The translations under genes and the position numbers were made by a program. The notes below the pieces were generated by a model, which had not been told where the DNA came from, searched no databases, and saw nothing but the letters and a program-made list of their open reading frames with translations. Below, one piece after another: positions 13,021 to 24,625 of a DNA stretch of 64,000 nucleotides; the stretch's first letter is position 1; each line of letters starts with the position of its first letter. The DNA is from Octopus sinensis (Eukaryota): contig NC_043006.1 of assembly GCF_006345805.1 (NCBI RefSeq), positions 104,284,001-104,348,000 of the forward strand, read 5' to 3'.

Positions 13021-13475
13021 CATATATACATATATATACATATATCAGCACTATTGATGTCACATAATGTATGTGCGTTGTTAAACGCTGGCCGAAAGTA
13101 CATACAGGTGACATAAGATTTATCTACTGATGCCCAGCGGAACAGCACAAGAAGAACAAAATTCAAAGTTTGACTCAAAAACAGATCTACAATTTATACA
13201 ATATCGATGTCACATACTTAATATATATGTTATTAAATGCTTTTTAGGTTGTGGCATTTCTTTGAAGGAAAGTTCCTTTAGAGATGCATTGTATTAAAAC
13301 AAAAAAAAAGAGCATACTTAAAAACCAAGTGAAACGAATCCCCCCAGAGGTGAAGAAGAACGACGGATATCGATATTTGGACATTATGTCAACCCTTCGG
13401 CGCTGTATACTCGATTCGCTCTCGAAACGAATTCGATTCGCTGTTGAAGCAGTGCACTCTGCGTTGAATGGTTAT

Positions 13476-13702
13476 CAATTTCTTTACTGCCTACAAGGGG
13501 CTAAACACAGAGGGGACAAACAAGGACACACAAACGGATTAAGTCGATTATATCGACCCCAGTCCATAACTGGTACTTAATTTATCGACCCCGAAAGGAT
13601 GAAAGGCAAAGTCGACCTCGGCGGAATTTGAACTCAGAACGTAACGACAGACGAAATACCGCTAGACATTTCGCCCGGCGTGCTAACGTTTCTGCCAGCT
13701 CG
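13476..13702 (-). mobile_element. SINE family A (tRNA head; tail type 1) with 17-bp TSD
   Basis: Head GCGAGCTGGCAGAAACGTTAGC..GAGTTCAAATTCC; TSD CTGCGTTGAATGGTTAT at 13459-13475 and 13703-13719. Confidence 0.9.
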
Positions 13703-13916
13703 CTGCGTTGAATGGTTATGCAACATCCTATAACTTGCTCGGGGTCATTGAGATGAACTTTATGTTAATTTCCGAAAGCATTTAACTGCATCTTATAGCA
13801 GAAACAGCTGTAAGCTAATGAAGTTAATTATGCAACATCTGTTCTTATGTCATTCGTTAATTGATATTACGCCCTGTACAGGCGCTTTTATCTAAACGGT
13901 AAGTATACACAGTTTA

Positions 13917-14150
13917 AAGGCGGTGAGCTGGCAGAAACGTTAGCACACCGGGCGAAATGCTTTGCAGTATTTCGTCTGCCGTTACGTCGTGAGTTCAAAT
14001 TCCGCCGAGGTCGGCTTTGCCTTTCATCCTTTCGGGGTCGATAAATTAAGTACCAGTTACGCACTGGGGTCGATGTAATCGACTTAATACCGTTTGTCTG
14101 TCCCTGTTTGCCCCCTTTATGTTTAGCCCCTTTTGGGTAATAAAGAAATA
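13917..14150 (+). mobile_element. SINE family A with 19-bp TSD
   Basis: TSD GGTAAGTATACACAGTTTA at 13898-13916 and 14151-14169. Confidence 0.9.
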
Positions 14151-14441
14151 GGTAAGTATACACAGTTTATACAACTAGTATTGCTAGGCTTAAGTGAAAT
14201 CATAAAATATGCGTACACGTAATCAGTAATTTACACAAACACACCTGTATATGAATCTCTCTGTGTACATATTTTCAACGACATGCATTTTTGCATGTAG
14301 CAACAACTTGTTCTTTAACTAACCTTATTTTCTCGCTCTGTCTCCGAGTTATATCTCTTCCTTACATATAATTCATTCCGTTTTATTTTTCGCGTTTCAT
14401 ATTTCTTCCTCCAACCCCGCCTCTTTCACACACACACACAC

Positions 14442-14477
<36 letters not shown>

Positions 14478-14859
14478 CGCAAACACACACACACTCTCTC
14501 TTCCCACTCATTCTCATTGTCTTTTTATCTTTTACTATTTCTATTGATTAACATTCTAATCATAAATTTCTGTTCGCATGCTAATTCTGGTTCTGTGATA
14601 AACACGGATGAAAGAGTGACAGAGTGAGGAAAAGAAATGGAGAGAGAGAGAGAGGGAGAACAATGAGAGGAGAAAAGGAGAGGGAGTGAGAAAAGGGGAG
14701 GGAGATAGGTTGAATGTGAGGAGAAAGAGAGGAGACGGTGGTGTGAGAGATGTTGTCAGAAATTAGGATTCCCGATATGGCGACTTTGCAAACGGTAGCG
14801 GCGGTGGTGACGGTGACTGTGACGGTGATGTTGGTGGCGGAGGAAAAGATGAAGAGGGG

Positions 14860-14925
14860 ACCAGATGACGCGAACGGTTTCCATAGCAACAGTTACGTCA
14901 ATGAGTAAAATCAAGGATTGGCCGC
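14860..14925. promoter_or_regulatory. Promoter-like motif cluster: RFX X-box + CRE-like sites + CCAAT
   Basis: GTTTCCATAGCAAC at 14877-14890; TGACG at 14866-14870; TTACGTCA at 14893-14900; ATTGG at 14917-14921; in a GC-richer non-repeat island. Confidence 0.55.
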
Positions 14926-15443
14926 TTTAATACATTGAGTTAGGGGATAAAGGTAACGAGAGAGGTATTGAGAAGTATATTGCAGTATAGAGAGGGGGAG
15001 TGAGGGGAAAAAACATAACTGACAAAAGGTTTAGGGTGAGAAGATGATAGAGAGAGGAACAGAAAAACAGACAGACGAACAGGTATATATTTAGGGAGCA
15101 AAATAGAGAAATGGGAAGAGAGGGATGCTGGGAGCAGGGGACTTGCAGTTAATGAGAGAAACGTTGGAGGTAATAATACTAAAACCTAATACTATGTTAA
15201 ATAGATATTAATAGTTACCTAGTTAAATGTTTAGGTAGGTAGGTACAACATAGATGTATAAGATTGCAAATCGAATATATGACATCTTTATATGGGTATA
15301 TATGTATGTGTACGGGTGCAAGCATGCATACATGCGTATATATATATATAAAATATTATTAGACACAAAACCACTATTTTGCAAAACAAACAAGAAAAGA
15401 CTTAATCAGTACATAAAATTTTAATAAATAGTCAAAAAAACCG

Positions 15444-15486
15444 CCACTACAATCGTTTCTTGTCTTGATCGACAATCTTCAGGTGG
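15444..15486 (-). ncRNA. Type I hammerhead ribozyme motif, complete core
   Basis: Minus strand reads CCAC-CTGAAGA-TTGTC-GATCAA-GACAA-GAAA-CGATTGT-A-GTGG. Helix I is CCAC/GTGG, helix II is TTGTC/GACAA, helix III is a short near-palindrome ACGATTGT, and the cleavage triplet is GUA. Confidence 0.75.
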
Positions 15487-15515
15487 ACTTCCAATAATTC
15501 AGTGTCAAATTATGA

Positions 15516-15546
<31 letters not shown>

Positions 15547-15838
15547 GCAGGAGTGGATGTGTGGTAAGTAGCTTGCTAACCAACCACATGGTCCTTGGTT
15601 CAGTCTCACTGGGTTGCACCTTGGGCAAGTGTCTTCTACTATAGCCTCGGGCCGACCAAAGCCTTGTCAGTGGATTTGGTAGACGGAAACTGAAAGAAGC
15701 CTATCGTAAACATGTATATGTATATATGTATGTGTGTGTATATGTTTGTGTGTCAGTGTTTGTCCCCCCACAAGAGTAAAAATATATTAAATGTACACTA
15801 TTTTATATTGTGTGTATATATATATATATATAATATAC

Positions 15839-15916
<78 letters not shown>

Positions 15917-16265
15917 TTGTGGCACTCCGTCGATTACGACGACGTGTGTTCCAGTTGATCCGATCAACGGAACCAGTCTACTCGTGAAATTAACGGGCAA
16001 GTTACTGAGCACTCCATAAACACGCCTACCCTTAACGTAGTTCTCGGGGAGATTCAGCGGGACACAGAGTGTGACAAGGTTGGCCCCTTGAAATACAGGA
16101 AGAAAGAGTGAGAGAAAGTTGTGCTGAAAGAATACATCAGCGTTCGCCACCACCCCTTGTCGGAGCCGCGTGGAGCAATAAATACTCACAACACCCGCTC
16201 TGGGAATCGAAACCGCGATCCCACAACCGCGAGTTCACTGCCCTAACCACTGGGAATATTGCCTC
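15917..16265 (-). mobile_element. SINE: B head + E tail, inserted between (TA)n tracts
   Basis: Reverse complement of the 38114 architecture with an internal deletion. Confidence 0.8.
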
Positions 16266-16275
16266 TATATTATAA

Positions 16276-16324
<49 letters not shown>

Positions 16325-16629
16325 TATATATATATGTATATATATGTATATATATATGTGTATATATATATAATTATATATATATTATATATATATATAT
16401 ATATATATTTATAATATATATATATTTATATATATATATTGATTTATATATATATATTAATATATTTATATATATATATATTTATATATATATATATTTA
16501 TTTATATATATATATTTATTTATATATATATATATACATATATTTATATAATATATTTTATTTATATATATATATTTTATTTATATATATATATATTTAT
16601 TTATAATATATATATATATATTTACTTAT

Positions 16630-16664
<35 letters not shown>

Positions 16665-16715
16665 TATATTATTATATATATATATTTATATATATATAAT
16701 TATATATATATATAA

Positions 16716-19560
16716 TTTCACAACCATCCGCGCGGATCGTATCGGCAGGAGAAAGGGTGGAACTGCCATTTTCCTGCATGATTCATTTACGGCAGATGGA
16801 AAAAGTATATTCTCCAACGGCTACTGTGAATCAGTCACCGGCACAACAAAGCCAATGACCTGACAGTAATTGGGCTCTATAGGCCGCCCCAAACACCCAT
16901 ACTGTGCTTTAAGAATGCCTCAACAGCATTAAGTGCTTTATTCAACAGTGCCATTCTAGCAACATACTCATGATGGAGACTTCAATCTACCTGTGTTGAC
17001 TGGACTACAAACTGTTTGAAACCAAGCACTCCCGCCTCAACCGCTGACAAAGAAGCAGCAGAGTCACTTTTCGACTTTACGAATGAGTTTTTCTTGTCCC
17101 AACTTGTCCTTGCACCAACAAGACATCAGAACATTTTGAACCTAGTGTTTAGTAACCACACTAACACTATACATAACGTTACAGTGGGAAAAACCCTTCT
17201 TTCAGACCATGACATGGTTCTCTGTAACATGAAATTCCACCAGCCGAAAGCTAATCCTAGTGACCTCCCTCCAGCCCACCCATTTGACAACATGGATCTC
17301 CATAATGCCAACTGGGATGCAATCAGAACGAGCTATCACATGTTGACTGGTCCTTTACACATACACACATCTCCACCAACCATAAACATCTTGGCAGATC
17401 TTTGTAGACACCGTCACAGACATATGTGCAAAACACTCCCCACCAAGACCTGTGAACAAAAAGTGCAGAATCCCCCAAAACAGAAAAACCATTATCAGAA
17501 AAATAAAAAGAACAAACAAAAAATTAACAAACTAAAGTACTGTCAACAGCAACACACACATTCGACGGCTATCGCACTGCTTGAATCCAAAAAATATAAC
17601 CTCCAACAATGCATGAAGACCCTCATCAATAACCAAAGATCAGCTGAGGAGAAGTGGGCCATTGAAAAAATCGAACTCAACCCCAAAGTGTTCTTTTCAT
17701 TTGCGAGAAACGCAGGGTCACTGTCTCCACGTGGGCCTCTAATTGACGAAACTGGCACTCTCCAAGATAATGCCAAATCCATGGCCGAGATACTGCAGAA
17801 ACAATACTGCTCGTTTTCAGCAATCCTGATATGGCCGATCTGGCTGTATCAGTGATGTCAACCCCCAACACACTATATCGGACATAACGTTTAGTGCCCC
17901 TGATGTCTTAGCGGCGATAAACGAAATAAAAAACAATTCAGCCGTAGGCCCCGATAGGTTCCCTGCTTGTGTCCTGAAGGTGTGTCGACACCAACTTGCA
18001 TCTGCCCTTGCTAATCTGTGGAGAAACTCACTGGATGCTGGCTATATTCCAAAAAACCTTCTGTCCCAGTCTGTTGTCCCAGTTTTCAAAAAGGGAAACA
18101 GTCCCTTGCAGTGAACTACCGTCCGATCTCACTCACCTCTCATATCATCAAGGTATTTGAGAGGGTGGTGAGATCTCGAATAACCCAATTCTGGAAAGCA
18201 ACAGACGGCTGATCTCCAACCAACATGGGTTCCGTAATGGAAGGGACTGCCTAACGCAGCTCCTGCATCACTTTGATGACACTTTGAGAGCTTTGGGAGA
18301 GGGCTCCAACACCGATGTCATCTACCTTGATTTCAGTAAGGCCTTCGACAGGGTCGATCACAAGATCCTATTGAAAAAACTATCCAACATTGGTGTCTCT
18401 GGAAAGTTACTGAAAGGATCAAGTGTTTCCTGACAGACAGATCTCAACATGTTGTAGTTGAAGGGGTAAAATCAAGCCCAGCCAAAGTCAGTAGTGGCGT
18501 TCCGCAAGGCACTGTGCTAGGCCCACTTCTTTTCATCATTTACATTAATGACATTAATGACATCATCAAGCACAGCAACATAAAAATTTTTGCAGATGAT
18601 TCCAAGCTACAGAAGGTCATAAATGAGGCGAGTGACCGGACATGCCTTCAGTCAGATCTACTGGCTGTTATCCAATGGGCAGAAAAAAACATATGCTGCT
18701 GAACGAGGATAAATTGAGTTAATCCACTTTGGAAAAGAGGATGCCCTGAAACTCCCATACTCCCTTCCTTCAGGTGAAACTCTCGCGGCGTCAAACAACA
18801 TCAGAGACTTGGGAGTAATTGTGGACAACACACATAAGCTGGGCCACTCATATAAACACCAAAGTTGACATGGCCCGCAGAATGTGTTCCTGGATTCTCA
18901 GAACTTTCCAGTCGAGAGATATCCACACCATTATCCTTCTCTTCTCCACTTTTGCCCGACCCCACCTTGAATACTGTTGTCCACTGTGGTCTCCCCACAC
19001 GATACAAGGTATCATAAAAGTTGAAGCACCTCAAAGGGCAATCACAAAAAAGATAGATGGCATGACAGGCTTCGACTATTGGGTCGACTAGAAAAGCTAA
19101 AACTTTATTCTCTCCAACGTCGTCGTGAGCGCTACATCATCTGCATGATGTGGAAATATTCCATCAGCATTGCCCAAATGATGTTGGCATCACCTTTAGG
19201 GTACATCCAAGGCTTGGGCCCCGTGCCATCCGCCCAAAACAAAAATCGCACTCTCATTCATAACAACAACAATACGGCACAATATTTCACCTCAATTGGC
19301 CCCGCTCTCTTTAACATTACACCAACACACATTAAAACAGAAACTGACCCTATAGGGTTCAAGAAGTCTTTGGACAGATTCCTTCAAGAAATCCGGATAA
19401 ACCCCCTACACCCGGATATGTCTCTGTAACAATAACTCTCTACTTGAGTGGGCCATAGTGCCCAAATTCTGACTTCAAAGACTTCACCAGGTGGTGCTAT
19501 TAAGTTAGACATGGCCTGGGCCAAATGGCCGAACCTATCAAAGTATCAAAGTATCAAAGT
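16716..19560 (+). mobile_element. CR1/L2-type non-LTR retrotransposon, 5'-truncated, frameshifted ORF2 (APE endonuclease + reverse transcriptase)
   Basis: Peptides RADRIGRRKGGTAIFL, TLLSDHDMV (APE), NYRPISLTSH, QHGFR, YLDFSKAFD, GVPQGTVLGPLLF, IFADDSK (18589-18600), RPHLEYCCPLWSP. Ends in a stem-loop plus (ATCAAAGT)3. Confidence 0.92.
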
Positions 19561-19561
19561 A

Positions 19562-19772
19562 AGTATATATATTACATATATATTTATAATATTTATATTA
19601 TATATATTATATATTATGTATATATATATATTATTAATATATTTATTTAATATATTATTTATTATATAATAATTATATCTATATATATTTATTTATATAT
19701 AGATTATATATATATATTATATTATATATATTATATATATATTATATATATAGATATATTTTATATATATAT

Positions 19773-19804
<32 letters not shown>

Positions 19805-19810
19805 ATATTG

Positions 19811-19841
<31 letters not shown>

Positions 19842-20230
19842 TATTATAAATATTTATTATATATATATATATATATTTATATAGATATTATATATATATA
19901 TATTATATATTTATATATATATATATATATAAAATATTTATATATATATATATTATATATATATATATATGTATCTTATAAATTATATATATATATAATA
20001 TATATATATATTTATATATATTATATATATATATATATTTATTTAAATATATATATATATATTTATTTAAATATATATATATATATATATAGTATATATA
20101 TATATATATATATATTTATTTAAATATATATATATATATATATATTTATTTAAATAATATATATATATATTTATTTAAATATATATATATATATTATTAA
20201 ATATATATATATATATATTTATTTAAATAT

Positions 20231-20273
<43 letters not shown>

Positions 20274-20340
20274 TATTTATATATAATATTTATATATATA
20301 TATATTTATTTATATATTTATATATTATATATATATATAT
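19562..20340. repeat. Degenerate (TA)n array between the two LINEs (others at 16272-16714, 21936-22198, 23230-23445, 55780-55990)
   Basis: Direct inspection. Confidence 0.95.
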
Positions 20341-21935
20341 GATTTTGATTTTTGATTTTCCAGTTTCAGCTAATGAGCTGTGGCCATGCTGGGGCACCGC
20401 CATTTGGTTTGCTACACGATTTTACTCACGATGCTTTTTAGCAAACGCCATCTGATGCATGAGAGAGTTCGATGCAGCTGCCCTCATCTGCACCTCCTGC
20501 CGTGAAGTTGGTTCATCCGGGACACCTGACAGGAAGAGATCCAGTTCTACTTTAAAGACATCCGCATCTACACTATGCAGGTCCCTCAGGTTCTTCAGGA
20601 GGATATTGAAGAGCTATGGGCCTCTGAAGCCCAGGTTATCACAGTATCTTGTCCTACAACTTGATGGCAAATTTGGAGTCCTTGGCACTACGCAGTGGCG
20701 CCCGGTTCTGGCATTTGTGTGACTCTCGATGTCAAAGTTTGGGACAAGTCCTTCCAGGATCTTCCAGATATATATTATGGCATATCTTTCTCGCCTACGC
20801 TCCAGGGAATAGAGCTTTAATCTCTTGAATCTTTCCCAGTAGCTCATATGCTGCACAGAGGCTAATTTCGTGTAGCTTCGTTGGATCGCCTCAAGTTCTG
20901 TGATCAACTTGACACTGGATGGTGACCATAGCTGAGAGCAATAGTCAAAGTGGCTTAGGACAAGTGTCTTCCAGAGGACCATCATGGTTTCTTGTTCTCT
21001 TGTTCTAAAGGTTCTAAGAATCCAGCCAGCCAGCCGTCTACATTTCATTGCCAGTTTAGCAACATGTACATGAAAGGTCGCGTCATCACTCATGTTAATA
21101 CCCAGGTCACGCACTGATTGTGCTCTGGGATGTGCAATCCCTCGGGTCTAGTGTATTCATTGGGTATTGCATTCAGTTTTGCATGCTGATAGTATAAAGC
21201 TTGAAACTTTTCAGCATTGAACTGCATGCTATTCTTTTCAGCCCACTTGTATATTTCGTCCAACTCACATTGCAGGTGCTTAGTGTCTTCAGGGTTCTGT
21301 ATTGCCTGTGAAACTTTTGTATCATCTGCATAACTTGTGATCGTGGCTCTCTGCATGGCTGAGGGCATGTCTGAGAGGGCCATTATGAACAGTAGTGGTC
21401 CCAAAACAGTGCCTTGCGGAACACCGCTCACTATTTGCGTGTTAATGGAAGTGGCCCCATTGGCTGCTACCACCTGACTTCTATTCTTCAGAAAGTCATG
21501 AAGCCATTCTCCCAATTTTCCAACTATGCCAAGATCACGCAGTTTGTGACATATCATTCCATGATCGACTTTATCAAAGGCCTTTGCAAAGTCGAGATAT
21601 ATGACTTCCACATTTGAGTGGTTGAGCAGTTGTTTCAGCACCCAGTCATAGTGTTGTAGGAGCTGAGTTAAGCAGCTTCTTCCTGGTCGGAAACCATGTT
21701 GGCTGTCAGGCAGCAAGTCATTTTCTTCAAGGAAGGTGATTAGTTTCCTTCTGACTATTCGTTCCATGACCTTGCTGATGTGTGAGGTTAGAGAGATAGA
21801 TCTGTAGTTCTTGGCCTCCGCTCTGCTACCTCCTTTACGAATAGGGCATATTTTACCTTCCTTCAGTTTTCTTGGAATTTTGCCAGTTGCAAGGAAGCTC
21901 TGAAAGAGAGACCGCAGTGGCCTTGCTAGGACCCT
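20341..21935 (-). mobile_element. Second CR1/L2-type LINE (different subfamily), 5'-truncated, RT to 3' end
   Basis: ORFs 21090-21767 and 20614-21114: QHGFRPGRSCLTQLL, YLDFAKAFDKVDH, GVPQGTVLGPLLF, YADD at 21321-21332, SHFDYCSQLWSP, LKLYSLERRRERY. Tail is (AAAATC)n. Confidence 0.92.
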
Positions 21936-21944
21936 CTATTTATA

Positions 21945-22018
<74 letters not shown>

Positions 22019-22113
22019 AATAATAAATATATATAAATAAATAAATATATATATATATATATATATATATTATTTATTTATTTATTTATATATATTTATT
22101 TATATATAATATA

Positions 22114-22154
<41 letters not shown>

Positions 22155-22155
22155 T

Positions 22156-22199
<44 letters not shown>

Positions 22200-22362
22200 G
22201 TGGTTGTATGCTGTCAACTTAACGTGACAGTCCCGTAAAAGGAATCACACCACCGCTCCTTAACCCTAGGAAGCATCGACGCTTCCTGTCGGCTTTGACA
22301 CATTTCCTGTGTCCTTATATTATCGAAGAGGAGACAAGCACCCCCACCAGCTGGGGCCTGCA

Positions 22363-22410
22363 CCCAGAGACATGCATGTTTCTGAGTATTTACTCGTCAT
22401 CAGTCCAGGG
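22363..22410 (-). ncRNA. Type I hammerhead ribozyme motif, complete core, one mismatch at base of helix II
   Basis: Minus strand reads CCCTGGA-CTGATGA-CGAGT-AAAT-ACTCA-GAAA-CATGCATGT-C-TCTGGG. Helix III is the perfect palindrome ACATGCATGT, the triplet is GUC, and helix I has 6 bp or more including G-U pairs. Confidence 0.8.
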
Positions 22411-22430
22411 TAGTCAGTCCTGCTACTTAA

Positions 22431-23170
22431 TTTCTTTATTAGGCACAAGGCCTGCACACAGTGGGGACGCAAATGAGACGGCCGTCTCGCCTCCGCTGCG
22501 AGACGAACCGTGAATGTCTTTACAATGCCTTTTTTTTTTACATATAAATTATACAAAATTTGGTTTACATAAAACAAATAATGAATCTGAGATGAGTTCT
22601 GTGTAATGGGAAATGGAATGGCTGACGAGTCTCCCAAGCTCGCAGTTTCGTTTTACAGTTCTTTATACATTTTGTAATGCAGTTTGTAATTGTTCTATTT
22701 ATCTATCAGTTATATATTCAATTATGTCCTCCATCCCAATCACGTGAGTTAGGTTAACATAGCGAATATATATATTACTTACTTTAATCTTCACTTTAAA
22801 TGTCTCTACTAATTTTTCTATTTTTTCTTTTTCCACTAGCACTGCTCTAGCGCTTGCTTCAAACATGTCGTGTTCCAATTTCACTCGTATCAGACCTTTT
22901 GTTTTCCTTAATCTTTTCTCTATTTCCATATTTTTTTTCGTAAAATATTAACCTTCTTAAATTCTCTCCCGGAGGTCGTCCTGTTCGCCTTACATAATTT
23001 ACTCTCTCTATCGCTTACCTCATCCATTCTTCGCATTGCGCTTTTTTAGCTTTACTTTCTTCTCTCATTGTCATTGTCTTCAGTTCCTGGGTTCGAATCT
23101 CTGTACTTTCTTTTTCACTTACTGTTGTCTTTCATTTTCTACTTTACTTTTCTTGGGGCTTTAAACTAAT
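22431..23170 (-). mobile_element. Internally deleted LINE-like element (ORF1-like basic/coiled-coil fragment joined to a 3' end with AATAAAG)
   Basis: ORF 22699-22929 with a Lys/Glu-rich upstream frame. The 3' terminus (plus strand TTTCTTTATTAGGCACAAG) matches 8724 and the SINE-A tail. L1/Tx1 assignment is inference. Confidence 0.45.
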
Positions 23171-23312
23171 ACACCTGTTTGTTGTTTACACGCCTGTCTT
23201 CGTCTTTTGATTTTTGTTGTAAATTCCCACCATATATATGTATATATATATGTTTATATGTATATATATATATGTATATATGTATATATATATATATGTA
23301 AATATATTATAT

Positions 23313-23383
<71 letters not shown>

Positions 23384-23414
23384 AATATATATATATATAT
23401 ATATATATGTAAAT

Positions 23415-23445
<31 letters not shown>

Positions 23446-23547
23446 GAGAGAGAGAGACGTATATACATGTGTGTATATATGCGTAAATATATGTATACAT
23501 ACACACACGTGTGTATGTGTGTGTATTAGAGACACACACACATACAT

Positions 23548-24625
23548 AGGTGAGGGTGGGGGGCTGAACAGTTCATAGGCTGACAATGAAGGGGGTAAAG
23601 CGAGAGTTGTAAAATATTGCATGCATTAACTTCAACTCTATTAATTACCGGTAAACATTCCAGGTAAACTAACATCTGGCTTTTCAAAGAGACTTCAAAA
23701 GAAAAAGGCTTTGCCCCAACAATCTAGGCATTCATGCTGTCACAGTTGCTGCATTAGGCGATGACACTTCAGGTTCATCAACAGAACAAAGTAGGTGGAT
23801 GTGGGGTAGCTGAAATTTTGAGGGAAAGGGAATCTTGAAAATGACCCAACGTCTGGCGGTTTTGCAAGTGCCAGCACCGAGGAAAACATTGATCGTATTT
23901 ACCACATGCTGATGGAAGACAGGTGAGTGACAGAACAAATAGCCAATGTTATTAGCATATCTTGTGAGAGAGCTGAGAATATTCTGTACAATGAATTCGG
24001 CATGACGAAAGTTTTTGCTCCGTGGATACCACATCTTCTGACACATGACCAAAAGCGCACCAGGCTGATAAAATCACGGGAAAATCTGAAATTGTTTGAG
24101 GCAGATCCAGTTGGCGGATCTTTTCGGTTTGACCGGCAGTTTTTAAAAATAATTTCCACGTAACTAAACACTTTTAAACTTCGTATACTGGTAGAATGTG
24201 TTTATAAAATTTTATTGAGAAAATTCTGTAGTTTTTAAGATGTTTGTAAGATATTTTCTTCAATTTTGGCAATTTCAACCAATCAATGCCGTCTATTGAG
24301 GTGAAAACATTCTGTGCCGTATGAATATGTCCCTCGTTTAAGAAACAGATTGGGTTTATTTACGTTTCTGAAGAAAAAATGATACCGTTCCCCCCCACCT
24401 TAACCCTAACCCTAAAACAGATTGAAATGCAATAGATCGATACTAGGGTCATAATTATGGGTGACAATTTCATATGAGACCGCTAGAAAGAAACTGCTGT
24501 TCAAACCGAAAAGATCCCTGTTGCTTTCCTTGAACGTTCCCTGCGTGTTGGGTTCATCACTTTGAGCCAAAGACAAAGGGGGAATACCTCTGCTCACCTG
24601 CTCCAAAGAAAGCCAAAGCTGGAGA
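23548..24625 (+). mobile_element. Mariner relic interrupted by a telomeric-repeat MITE
   Basis: TIR-like GAGGGTGGGGGGCTGAACAGTTC; peptides STEENIDRIYHML and KVFAPWIPHLLTHDQKRTR...FEADP, resuming after 24517 (WVHHFEP). Confidence 0.8.
24116..24517 (-). mobile_element. MITE with GGATC-terminal TIRs and internal TTAGGG tract, copy 1
   Basis: TIR GGATCTTTTCGGTTTGA.CGGCAGTTTT; decayed TSD CAGTTGGC / CTGTTGCT; CCTTAA(CCCTAA)2 at 24398-24415. Confidence 0.85.

Noticed and set aside
13284-13580. 98-aa ORF
   Set aside because: Its C-terminal third is SINE-A sequence. Removing the SINE leaves a short ORF with no recognisable family.
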